A DNA stretch of 64,000 bases. Origin: Nostoc sp. DedSLP01. Its GTDB lineage: Bacteria; Cyanobacteriota; Cyanobacteriia; Cyanobacteriales; Nostocaceae. The position numbers and the translations under genes were made by a program. The stretch is taken from the NCBI GenBank assembly GCA_034530875.2, contig JAVRCJ020000004.1:32001-96000 (forward strand), given 5' to 3'. Below the pieces are notes generated by a model. It did no database searches. It was not told the DNA's origin and saw nothing but the letters and a program-made list of their open reading frames with translations. This document shows, in pieces, positions 30,906 through 40,277 of the stretch. The number at the start of each line of letters is the position of its first letter. Position 1 is the first letter of the stretch.

Positions 30906-33407
30906 CTAATTTATATGGGCGATGGTAACACCACTCCCGCCATCTGATTGTTCTGCGGCTTCGTGGCTACTAACTCTCGGATGCTGGTGTAAAAAGGCGT
31001 GGACGCCTTGTCGCAATTTCCCAGTACCGTGTCCGTGAATAATCCATATTGGGCCTGTAGCTTCGGAGATGGCTTTGTCGAGAATCAATTCGGCATCAGC
31101 TACCCGTTTACCACGCAAATCAACTGTATTTCGTGAAGTGCGAATTGCTGGCACATTTTGCGGTGGTGGTGTAACTGCGGCTGGGGCTGGTTTGGGTTTG
31201 ACGACTGGTTCGGCTTTTTGACCATCTAAAGATTCTACGTCTTCCAACTTTACAGTCATTTTCATTAGCCCAAACCGAACGCTTAACTCTCCATCTGCAT
31301 CGGGTGCGGTTAACACTTCCGCTGTCTGCCCTAATTTAGGAACGCGGATGCGATCGCCTACTTTGGGCATAAACCCAGGTTTTGCTTTCAGTGGGGCTAC
31401 TGGCTGATATTGCTTGGCAATTTGATTTAAGGCGTTAGTCGCTTGTTGGGCGTCTTGGGCTGTGGGCGTACCTTGTTGCAAACGGCGGATGACTTGGGCA
31501 ATTTCATTTTTTGCTTGGGCGATCGCTTGTTGCACTGCTAGTTCCTGAGAAGCCCGCAAAGCGCTTTCTCTTTCTTCCAAGGCGGTAGCTTTGGCAGATA
31601 CTTCTTTATATAAACGTTCGGCTTGCTGCAACAATTTTTGAGCTTCCGCAGCTTTGGTTTCCTGGCGACGGCGTTGGGCTTCTAACCCAGCAATTACCTG
31701 ATTAACTTCGTCTGTTGCTTCTCCGACTTGAGTTTTCGCCTGTTCGACTACTTCTGCTTTTAATCCCAAGCGCAGCGCAATTGTTAAGGCATTAGAACGC
31801 CCAGGTATACCCCACAGCAGACGGTAAGTAGGCGAGAGAGTAGCTTCATCAAATTCTACAGAGGCATTTTCAAAGCGTTCATCCTCATATTTCAAGGCTT
31901 TGAGTTCGCCAAAGTGAGTGGTGGCGATGGTTAGTTGGGCGTGGTTAGCGAGATATTGCAACAAGGCGATCGCTAAAGCGCTTCCTTCAGCTGGATCTGT
32001 ACCAGCGCCGACTTCATCGAGTAAAACTAGGGATTGGGGATTGGAGAGTGGCTGAGTAGGAGAGGTGGAGTTGTGAGGTGGTGGGGCGGTGGCTGTAGTT
32101 TCGTCCATCTCCCCATCTCCCCATCTCCCCATCTCCCGATCGCCAGTCCCCAGTCCCCAGTCGCCATTCCCCAATGCTTCTAAAATCCGACTAATCCGCC
32201 GGATATGCCCGGAGAATGTAGATAAACTTTGCTGTAAAGATTGTTCGTCACCAATATCTGCCAGCACTTTGTCAAACCAAGGAATTTCTACTGGTTCGCG
32301 GGCGGGGACAAATAAACCCACTTTGGCCATTAATGCTGCTAACCCTAAAGTTTTTAAGGTTACAGTTTTACCGCCTGTATTCGGCCCGGTAATTGTCACT
32401 ACCCGAATGTAGGGACTGATAAGTAAATCTACGGGAACAACTGCTTGCCCTTGTTCGTGCTGTTGTTGCCACACTAACAAAGGATGCCGCAAGTTCCGCA
32501 AAGTAATCATTTCATTATCTTGCGGCTGGATGAATCGCGGGGGATTGGCTCCTAACCAGTAACTATACCGAGATCTAGCGGTCGCTAAATCCAATGTGGT
32601 GACAATTGCCAACAACCTTTCCAAATCTGGTTTGACTGCGGCTACTTGTTCTGTCAAAGCACGGCGAATTGCTTCTTCTTCGGCTTGCTCTCTTCTAATG
32701 ATTTGCCGCAGTTGGTTGCCTAGAGGGACGATGGAATTCGGTTCGATGTATAAGGTCGCACCACTAGTAGAGGTGTCGTGAACGATACCGGGAATGGCGT
32801 CTTTCTGGGGTGCTTTAACGGGAATAACATAGCGATCGCCTCGTTGGGTAATAATCTGTTCCTGAACTGCCCCAGATTTTGCCTGTATGATATTTTGCAG
32901 CTTTTGGGTAATTTGCGTGCGTACTCGCCGCAAGTCTGTGCGAATTTCGCCGAGTTTTTGACTGGCGCGAGCGGTTACTTGGCCGCGTTCGTCGATACAG
33001 CGGTGAATTTCCTGTTCTAGCTCTGGATAAGTCCGCAAATCGGCAACTAGCTCGGTCAGTATTGGCAAATCTTCCTGATTGTCAATGACGCGGCGCAAAT
33101 TTCTGGCACCAGCCAGAGTAGTGGCGATCGCTAAGAGTTCATCTCCTGCCAAAATGCCGCTGCGTTCTGCCCGTTCTAGGGAATCGCCAATATCTTGAAT
33201 TCCCTCAAATGACAATCCTGTAGTTAACCGACTTTCCAGTTGATAGATTTCTTTAGTTTGCTCTAACAATCGTTCGCTTTCTGCCTGAAAATCAGGTATT
33301 TTCAGTTGACGCGCGGCTATAACCCCCAATTTAGTTGCCGCAAAGGTCGAGAGGTGCTGGCACAGACGATGCCATTCTAATAATTCTAAGGTTTCAGATT
33401 GGATCAA
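30906..33407 (-). CDS. mutS2: Endonuclease MutS2
   Basis: VHDTSTSGATLYIEP, ITGPNTGGKT, SLSTFSGH, LDEVGAGTDP, C-terminal Smr domain (IIHGHGTG). Confidence 0.95.
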   Translation of the reverse strand: MIQSETLELLEWHRLCQHLSTFAATKLGVIAARQLKIPDFQAESERLLEQTKEIYQLESRLTTGLSFEGIQDIGDSLERAERSGILAGDELLAIATTLAGARNLRRVIDNQEDLPILTELVADLRTYPELEQEIHRCIDERGQVTARASQKLGEIRTDLRRVRTQITQKLQNIIQAKSGAVQEQIITQRGDRYVIPVKAPQKDAIPGIVHDTSTSGATLYIEPNSIVPLGNQLRQIIRREQAEEEAIRRALTEQVAAVKPDLERLLAIVTTLDLATARSRYSYWLGANPPRFIQPQDNEMITLRNLRHPLLVWQQQHEQGQAVVPVDLLISPYIRVVTITGPNTGGKTVTLKTLGLAALMAKVGLFVPAREPVEIPWFDKVLADIGDEQSLQQSLSTFSGHIRRISRILEALGNGDWGLGTGDREMGRWGDGEMDETTATAPPPHNSTSPTQPLSNPQSLVLLDEVGAGTDPAEGSALAIALLQYLANHAQLTIATTHFGELKALKYEDERFENASVEFDEATLSPTYRLLWGIPGRSNALTIALRLGLKAEVVEQAKTQVGEATDEVNQVIAGLEAQRRRQETKAAEAQKLLQQAERLYKEVSAKATALEERESALRASQELAVQQAIAQAKNEIAQVIRRLQQGTPTAQDAQQATNALNQIAKQYQPVAPLKAKPGFMPKVGDRIRVPKLGQTAEVLTAPDADGELSVRFGLMKMTVKLEDVESLDGQKAEPVVKPKPAPAAVTPPPQNVPAIRTSRNTVDLRGKRVADAELILDKAISEATGPIWIIHGHGTGKLRQGVHAFLHQHPRVSSHEAAEQSDGGSGVTIAHIN
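32105..32175. repeat. STRR-type tandem repeats within the mutS2 coding sequence
   Basis: (CCCCATCT)n and (CCCAGTC)n tracts encoding GNGDWGLGTGDREMGRWGDGEM. Confidence 0.75.
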
Positions 33408-33652
33408 GGTTTCAACGTCTAATCTGAAATTATCGTAACAATTCTAGCCCCTTGATGGGTAAACCTTAAAGGATAAAATCCAGATGTTTACTGATGCTCG
33501 AGACGCTCTTGAGAAATAATTCCTCAGTTATTAGCTATGCAATAACTTTCTCACGCAAAGACGCAAAGACGCCAAGATTTAGGTTGGCGGCTTTGCGTCT
33601 AATGCAGGAAATCATTTTTAGATTTACTTCCAGTTCCTTCAATTACTTTTGA

Positions 33653-33756
33653 CGAAGGCAGGAGGCAGAGGGCAGGAGGCCGTTTTTGTAACGAGGATTT
33701 ATACCCCGTTCCAAAAACTTTGGACGAAGTACGGTTTTAGACCCGATTGTTTCGAT
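33653..33756 (+). repeat. Dispersed repeat family B, copy 3
   Basis: Near-identical to the copies at 15962 and 29277. Confidence 0.8.
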
Positions 33757-33834
33757 AGTTTAAAACTGCCCGCGTCAGAGTGTCTCCTTGTGTCCGCGTC
33801 AGCCTTAACTATAAGTGTTGATACGAACTTGATA

Positions 33835-34473
33835 TTACTTGTTAGGCTGAGGAGTTAAGCGCAGATAAGGTTTAACTTCCTGATAGCCTTTGGGGAATTT
33901 TTCTTTGAGAACTTCCGGGTCTTTGAGTGAGGGGACAATTACAACATCCTCTCCATCTTTCCAGTCAGCTGGTGTAGCCACGCTGTAGTTATCAGTCAAT
34001 TGCAGAGAATCAATCACCCGCAAAAGTTCGTCAAAGTTGCGTCCGGTGCTGGGGGGATATGTGAAACTCAGACGGAGTTTTTTATTGGGGTCAATTACGA
34101 AAACCGATCGCACCGTTACAGCTGCGTTGGCATTTGGGTGGATCATATCGTAAAGGTCAGAAACCTTGCGATCGGCATCTGCCAAAATTGGGTAGTTAAG
34201 AGTCGTACTTTGAGTTTCTTCGATATCTCCTATCCAGCCTTTGTGTGATTCAACATCATCAACGCTAAGGGCGAGTGCTTTCACATTGCGCTTGTCAAAT
34301 TCTGGTTTGAGCTTGGCTACTGTGCCGAGTTCTGTTGTACAAACAGGTGTAAAGTCAGCGGGATGAGAGAACAGCACAACCCAGCTGTCACCTGCCCATT
34401 CGTAAAAATCGATGTCCCCGTGTGTTGAGGCTTGTTTAAAGTTGGGTACTGTATCACCTAAATGGAGAGCCAT
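33835..34473 (-). CDS. 1-Cys peroxiredoxin (Prx6)
   Basis: FSHPADFTPVCTTE, YPPSTGRNFDE, TPADWKDG. Confidence 0.95.
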   Translation of the reverse strand: MALHLGDTVPNFKQASTHGDIDFYEWAGDSWVVLFSHPADFTPVCTTELGTVAKLKPEFDKRNVKALALSVDDVESHKGWIGDIEETQSTTLNYPILADADRKVSDLYDMIHPNANAAVTVRSVFVIDPNKKLRLSFTYPPSTGRNFDELLRVIDSLQLTDNYSVATPADWKDGEDVVIVPSLKDPEVLKEKFPKGYQEVKPYLRLTPQPNK

Positions 34474-34613
34474 GTGAGATTCCCTGTAGTTAGAAAAGCA
34501 TACGTATTCTACATACGTATTCTACTTTGTCATCATGACACAAAACTCCCATTGCCCAATCGGGCTTTAGCGGTTTGAAACAAAATTTTAGGTTGTCAAC
34601 AGTCTTATATAAA

Positions 34614-34780
34614 GGGGACTGGGGAATGGGGACTGGTGACTGGGGAGATGAGAAGATGGGGAGATAGAGAGATGGGGAGTTAAGAGTGAGGAGTTAAGAC
34701 CAGGGTGCTGAGTTAGGAATTTTACCTTCGGTCTGTTGGTCTCTTCCCCAGTCCCTAGTCCCTAGTCACCAGTCCCTTTC
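34614..34780. repeat. STRR heptamer tracts in inverted arrangement
   Basis: GGGGACT/GGGGAAT repeats on the left and CCC(C/T)AGT repeats on the right. Confidence 0.7.
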
Positions 34781-34787
34781 CCTAACG

Positions 34788-35498
34788 ATGATAGTAATAT
34801 TTTTAACTGTCGGTGTTATCCTCAGCACAGCTGCAAGTTTTATTTTTGGAGTTCCTTGGTTGACACCGATTTTGGGTGCTGCTGTACCCTATCCCATATT
34901 CTTTTTACAAGTGCGTCGTCAACAATATAAAAATGCTTTTTGGTGGATGTTGTTCTGGGCAGTATTGCAGAGTATTGCAGTAATTGTAGCAACAGCTATC
35001 GCACCAGAAACGGCAGCAAAAGTTATTCTGCGTGGAGAATCATATACTACCGAAATGCTGCATTGGATTCGCACGGGAGAGGGTATGGAAGGAAAACTGA
35101 GTTTGTTTTTACCAAACCATTTATTGCACTACGGAATTTTTTGTGTTCTCTGCGTTGTTACTTTGAGTAGTGCGGCATTGATTTTCGGCACTTGGATGCT
35201 GAATTATATGAATTTTTATTTTGCCCAATTGCTAAAACTGAGTGCTAAACCTTGGTTAGCAGCTATTTTAGGATGGTATCCTTGGTCAATTTTGCGGATA
35301 ATCGGGTTTATTGCAACTGGGGTGGCTTTAGCTGCATTAGGATTAAATCTATTAACTCGCATCAGAGGCGAAGTCCCTAAATCTGCATTTCCTAAAACTT
35401 ATATGTTAATTGGGATTGGTTTTGTAATTGCGGATATTGTTGTCAAAGCAGTTCTAGCACCTATTTGGCAAAAACTGCTGTTGTCTGCGTTGGGTTAA
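34788..35498 (+). CDS. Hypothetical integral membrane protein
   Basis: 236 aa with about seven hydrophobic segments. Confidence 0.75.
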   Translation: MIVIFLTVGVILSTAASFIFGVPWLTPILGAAVPYPIFFLQVRRQQYKNAFWWMLFWAVLQSIAVIVATAIAPETAAKVILRGESYTTEMLHWIRTGEGMEGKLSLFLPNHLLHYGIFCVLCVVTLSSAALIFGTWMLNYMNFYFAQLLKLSAKPWLAAILGWYPWSILRIIGFIATGVALAALGLNLLTRIRGEVPKSAFPKTYMLIGIGFVIADIVVKAVLAPIWQKLLLSALG

Positions 35499-36685
35499 AT
35501 TAACTGCTTCGCCAGAATTTTTTGATAGGCTTGGATTGTCTGCTTGGCGATCGCATCCCAGCTAAAATTTACATCAGCATATTTGTGGGCGTTTAATCCC
35601 CGTCGTTGGCGTTCTGCGGGATTATCCAAAGCTACTTTGAGTAAATCTATCAATACCTCGACTTCTGTTGTACCTATCCAACCCGATTCACTATCACGTA
35701 TTTGTTGCCAAATATGCACTTGGTCGGAAATGATTACAGGTATTCCTGCTAGCATTGCTTCAGCTACAGCAATGCCAAAATTTTCATAGTAAGAAGGTAA
35801 GACAAATAGATCGGCAGCTTGTAGTAAATTAGCTTTTAATTCACCAGTCACAAAGCCAGTAATTGTGGCGTGCGATCGTAATGGCGAATTTTGGATTTCA
35901 GATTTTATTTTTTCTTCGTAATCTGGATCTTGAGGATTTGTCCCAGCTAAAACAAAATGAAACTTATAACCAATCCCCAACAATTTTTCTAACGCCGGAA
36001 TTAACAAATTTAAACCCTTTTTTGGGTCAATCCGTGACATAAATAGCACCAAGGGTATATCGCCAGGAATATTGTATTGCTGACGCACAATATCTCTACC
36101 TTCTTTTAGTATTTCCCCTTGTTTTTTCACACCCAAAGGAATCACCAAACCTGGCGTTGATACTCCAAATCGTTCTGATATTTTAGCTTCTTGCTCGCTA
36201 GTAAAATGAATTGCCGCCGCACTAACTAAATTTTGACGTTCTATAATTGCAGTATAAATCTGTTTTAATTGCTTTTTTTTGCGTAAATCAGCCGGGTCAA
36301 GAGTTCCCAAGGGACGTAAAATATAAGGTAGTTTTTGCTGGCGACACACAACAGCAGCAGCACTACTTATAGGCGAAAATAAAGCATGAATATGTGCAAC
36401 GTCAAACTCCCACGCATGACGTTTTAGCCACTTTAGTAAATCTAGAGAAAACTTGTAGCGACGAAATGGCGCACAACGAAAGTAAATGATTTCATAACCA
36501 TCTTGTTTAATTGGACGATTTAAAGGCACATCCAGAGGAATTTGACCTGTATCGCCATTACTATCAGTTGTGAGAATTGTAACTTCTACCCCCTCTTGTA
36601 CCAATGCTGGAGCTAATCCCAGTACCATTTGACTAGGGCCGCCATAAATTAGAGAAATAGAGGGAACAATTTGTAATATTTTCAT
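35495..36685 (-). CDS. hpsP: GT4 glycosyltransferase, hormogonium polysaccharide HpsP-like
   Basis: MKILQIVPSISLIYGGPSQMV, ENFGIAVAEAM; position in the hpsL-N-O-P cluster. Confidence 0.8.
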   Translation of the reverse strand: MKILQIVPSISLIYGGPSQMVLGLAPALVQEGVEVTILTTDSNGDTGQIPLDVPLNRPIKQDGYEIIYFRCAPFRRYKFSLDLLKWLKRHAWEFDVAHIHALFSPISSAAAVVCRQQKLPYILRPLGTLDPADLRKKKQLKQIYTAIIERQNLVSAAAIHFTSEQEAKISERFGVSTPGLVIPLGVKKQGEILKEGRDIVRQQYNIPGDIPLVLFMSRIDPKKGLNLLIPALEKLLGIGYKFHFVLAGTNPQDPDYEEKIKSEIQNSPLRSHATITGFVTGELKANLLQAADLFVLPSYYENFGIAVAEAMLAGIPVIISDQVHIWQQIRDSESGWIGTTEVEVLIDLLKVALDNPAERQRRGLNAHKYADVNFSWDAIAKQTIQAYQKILAKQLI

Positions 36686-36770
36686 TTTTTTGTCATTAGT
36701 TATTAGTCATTAGTCATTAGTCATTAGCCCTTTGTTAGTTAACAATAACCAATAACCAATGCCCCATGCC

Positions 36771-37952
36771 CTATGCCCTATGCCCCATGCCCAACTCTTG
36801 ATAAAATTCTAATTGCTGTTTAGCTAAAGCCTTATTAGTATATTTAACCATTGCTTTTTGATAACCCATTTCCCCAAGAGTATGAGCAAAATATGGTTTA
36901 TCCATTAATTGACCTAAGCAATTTGCCAGGGCTTCACTATCTCCTTCAGGGAAAATTAAACCAGCATCACCAATTACATGAGGAATTTCACCAGAATCAG
37001 AACCAATCACAGGCACTTGACAAGCCATTGCTTCAATTAGCACGTGACCAAATTGTTCTTTCCAGCCAACAGAAGTTAAGGTTTTAAACTTATAAGTTGT
37101 TTCTGAAGGGAGTACTAAAGTACTCATTAAATTGATGTAGTTTGCAACTTCGTTATGGGGAACACTTTCTACTATAATTAATCGTTCTAAAATATTGTTC
37201 TCTGTGGCTATTTTGATTAATTCAGCTTTTAATTCACCACGCCCTAATAAAAGGAATTTCCAAGGTTTATCTTTTAAACTAACTAATGCTTTTAAAAGCG
37301 TTAGTAAACCCTTCTCTGGAACAAATCGCCCTACAAAGCCCACTACAAAATCTTCTTTTTTAATACCGAAATTAGCTGCTAGATTTGATTGAGGTTTGGG
37401 AGTAAATAGAGTTTCATCTACGCCCAATTGCGGCATGACTTTAATTGGCCCCTGATATCCCCGTTGCCGCAAAATTTCAGCACCATCCTGATTGCCAGAA
37501 ATAATACCGTGGCTGTTATCAAGGTTATATTTTTCTAATAACGCAATTGGTAACTTTAGTTGATATGGTAAATTCCACCAAGTAAAAAACACATTTTTTG
37601 CCTTGAGATTTAATAATTTATTTAAGGCAATCATCTGAGTATAAGCCAGTCCCCTAGACCCTTGTTCTACGTGAATAATTTGGGGACGGAATTGTTTTAA
37701 TAAAGATATCAGATCGATACCAAAGGTCAAAAGTCCCTGATGATTTTGGCTGAAGTTAGAAACCGGAACTATTTTAAATGAGCCTTCATCGCGGTATTCT
37801 GTTTCAATGATTTTGTTTTGTACGCCGCCAGGATTCCACCGTTTTGGAACTACAACTGTTACTTCAATGTCAGATTGTAGTTGAGATAAAGCGCGTAATT
37901 TTTCACAGTTAAGGTCTACGATATAAGTATGACTAGCAACTAAAATTTTCAT
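36771..37952 (-). CDS. hpsO: GT4 glycosyltransferase, HpsO-like
   Basis: MKILVASHTYIVDLNCEK, WKEQFGHVLIEAM. Confidence 0.8.
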   Translation of the reverse strand: MKILVASHTYIVDLNCEKLRALSQLQSDIEVTVVVPKRWNPGGVQNKIIETEYRDEGSFKIVPVSNFSQNHQGLLTFGIDLISLLKQFRPQIIHVEQGSRGLAYTQMIALNKLLNLKAKNVFFTWWNLPYQLKLPIALLEKYNLDNSHGIISGNQDGAEILRQRGYQGPIKVMPQLGVDETLFTPKPQSNLAANFGIKKEDFVVGFVGRFVPEKGLLTLLKALVSLKDKPWKFLLLGRGELKAELIKIATENNILERLIIVESVPHNEVANYINLMSTLVLPSETTYKFKTLTSVGWKEQFGHVLIEAMACQVPVIGSDSGEIPHVIGDAGLIFPEGDSEALANCLGQLMDKPYFAHTLGEMGYQKAMVKYTNKALAKQQLEFYQELGMGHRA

Positions 37953-38017
37953 TATTTGTAATTAATAATTTTTTCTTCAGAGACGCGATTAATCGTGTCT
38001 CTACTGCTAACTCCTAA

Positions 38018-38998
38018 CTAAATTTGTCTATCCAAACGCGTGTAAATTTGGCCATCATTCCATATTGATTGGATGACAGTACTTAAGGCTTTGAAAAAAC
38101 CTAAAATATAAAAAATACCGCGAGTGAGAATTTTCACGAGGGAACCACTTTTGTGGCAAGGTGGGCGTCCGAGGACGTGACAATCAAATAAACGGGCGTA
38201 GAGGCGCAAAGCTTGAGTAACAGTGAGGTTTTTCAGCCCCATTAAAAAATGATTGTGGTAAAAGGTGAGTTGATATTTGAGCGATCGCATACTAATATCG
38301 TGACAACCACCAGTCTCTTCACCTAAATGCACTAAATGAGCTTCTGGGTCGTACCAAATCTTATATCCTGTCTGTCGCACTCGCAAACAAAAATCCGATT
38401 CTTCCCGTACAGCACTACCGCGAAATCTCTCATCAAAACTCAGTCCGTGCTTAGTAAAAATTTCACGGCGAAAAGACATATTGCAACCCCTGGCTGTTAG
38501 TACTTGCTGGGGTTTGGTGGTATGTACTAAATCAATATGATACCAAGCAATTCCTGGATCCATAGCTTCGGGAGGCAGATATTCAATCTCTAAATCTCCT
38601 CCAGAATCACCCAATTTCATCCTGTCAAATACCCGCCCAGCAACAGCACCGACTTCTGGATTTTGTAAATAATTTTTTGCATGGGCAAATAACAATCCAG
38701 GTGGTAGCTGAACATCATCATCAATAAATAATATTATTTCACCAGATGAGCGCCGGACAGCATAATTTCGCGCCCCTGGTAAACTCGCCCAATCTAACCG
38801 CAACCATTGAATTTTACCTGCCCCCGCCATTTCTTCTAAGTAAGCTTGAATTTCTGGTTGATGTTTTGCGGTTTGATCTACCACTAAAACTTCAAAATTT
38901 GGATAGTCCTGTTTCAGGACATCTACAATACTATCTCGTAGCGGTTCTTCTCGACCATACGTCGGGATAACTACGGTAATTAAAGGCCAATTATTCAT
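38018..38998 (-). CDS. hpsN: GT2 glycosyltransferase, HpsN-like
   Basis: VVIPTYGRE, ARN, FIDDD, GCNMSF, REESDF. Confidence 0.8.
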   Translation of the reverse strand: MNNWPLITVVIPTYGREEPLRDSIVDVLKQDYPNFEVLVVDQTAKHQPEIQAYLEEMAGAGKIQWLRLDWASLPGARNYAVRRSSGEIILFIDDDVQLPPGLLFAHAKNYLQNPEVGAVAGRVFDRMKLGDSGGDLEIEYLPPEAMDPGIAWYHIDLVHTTKPQQVLTARGCNMSFRREIFTKHGLSFDERFRGSAVREESDFCLRVRQTGYKIWYDPEAHLVHLGEETGGCHDISMRSLKYQLTFYHNHFLMGLKNLTVTQALRLYARLFDCHVLGRPPCHKSGSLVKILTRGIFYILGFFKALSTVIQSIWNDGQIYTRLDRQI

Positions 38999-39111
38999 AA
39001 TTTTTATTCAGTAATTTAAGTATTTTAATAGTTATTTTTCATTGTGAGTGAGGAGTGAGAAGTTAAGAATTATGCTCTTATTTTTCTTGCCTCCTCATCT
39101 CACGATTGATT

Positions 39112-40266
39112 TTAGGCTCCTGCTGCTGTATATAAGTTATCGAATAACTCATTTTGCTTTTCAGAATTATGCAAAATTTGTGCTTGAGCTAATGCTCCTG
39201 CACTTAAAAATTCATAATGTTCTCGTTTGTCGCTTCTATCAATAAATTGCATGATTTGTTGTAATGCTTGGTCTGCTAAGTAGTTATATGTACTATCCAG
39301 AACTTCCCAATATTCATTAGTTTTAGTCTTTTCTCCATGCACCCAATCAGCCCAGTGTCTAATATCGTTAATTGGTAATTCTAAAATATAGCCATTTTCG
39401 TTATGGCGAACAAATTCTGGTAAAGCGCATACATTTGTTGTAATTACCGGAGTCGCAACAGAAAATCCTTCGATGATACTAAAGCCATAAGTATCATGTA
39501 ATGTAGGCATTAATTGAAAATGACTTTGGGATAGTAATTCAATAACTTTATCGTTAGGAAGACTTTTATGGAAGACAACGTTATTTAAATTCAATAATTT
39601 CAAATCTTCTAAATATTTGCTAGTATCCGGAAAATCTGTCGGTACTCCTGAACCATGTCCTAGTCCCGATATTATATGAATAGTTACAGGTAAACCTAAT
39701 TCTTCAGCTTTCTTTGCCAGCCTTAAAGCAACAATGCCACCTTTTCTAGCAATGTGGTATCCTACAAAAATAAGCTGTAAATTTTCGTCTGATTGATAAG
39801 TTTTAGATTTCTCAACTCTGGTAACAAAATTTGGATGAATGACATCCAATTTATTAACTAATTTTTCTTCTATTTCCCAGCCCTTTATCCGATTGACAAA
39901 CCTCAATTTTGCATAATCTGACATGGCTATCAGTTTTTGACAATTATTGAGGGCTAAACGATTATTTAATAATTCATAAATTATTTCTTCTCGTTTATTT
40001 TGAGGATTTCTATATAAAACACGATGGTCTTCAAATGTGAGAAACCAAGGTTTATTTGTATATAAAACTCTATTGAAAGAATGAACAGCGTGATATTTTT
40101 CCCATAAAGGTTGCCAAGCGAAAAAGCTTCCCAAAGGATACCAAATTTTTTCTATAGAATATCTGCCTGTAGGAAATGATTTGAGGTGGATTAATTTATG
40201 CCTAGAATTACGTGGTAGATTAGGAATTCTAATGTGATTATTACCGCATACGATAACTGTTGACAT
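39112..40266 (-). CDS. GT4 family glycosyltransferase (AT-rich)
   Basis: FVG..RKGG, DTYGFSIIEG, TTNVCALPEFV...NGY. Confidence 0.8.
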   Translation of the reverse strand: MSTVIVCGNNHIRIPNLPRNSRHKLIHLKSFPTGRYSIEKIWYPLGSFFAWQPLWEKYHAVHSFNRVLYTNKPWFLTFEDHRVLYRNPQNKREEIIYELLNNRLALNNCQKLIAMSDYAKLRFVNRIKGWEIEEKLVNKLDVIHPNFVTRVEKSKTYQSDENLQLIFVGYHIARKGGIVALRLAKKAEELGLPVTIHIISGLGHGSGVPTDFPDTSKYLEDLKLLNLNNVVFHKSLPNDKVIELLSQSHFQLMPTLHDTYGFSIIEGFSVATPVITTNVCALPEFVRHNENGYILELPINDIRHWADWVHGEKTKTNEYWEVLDSTYNYLADQALQQIMQFIDRSDKREHYEFLSAGALAQAQILHNSEKQNELFDNLYTAAGA

Positions 40267-40277
40267 TTTTGTTTGAT

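Noticed and set aside
33649..33858. 69-aa ORF MTKAGGRGQEA...
   Set aside because: Translation of repeat family B
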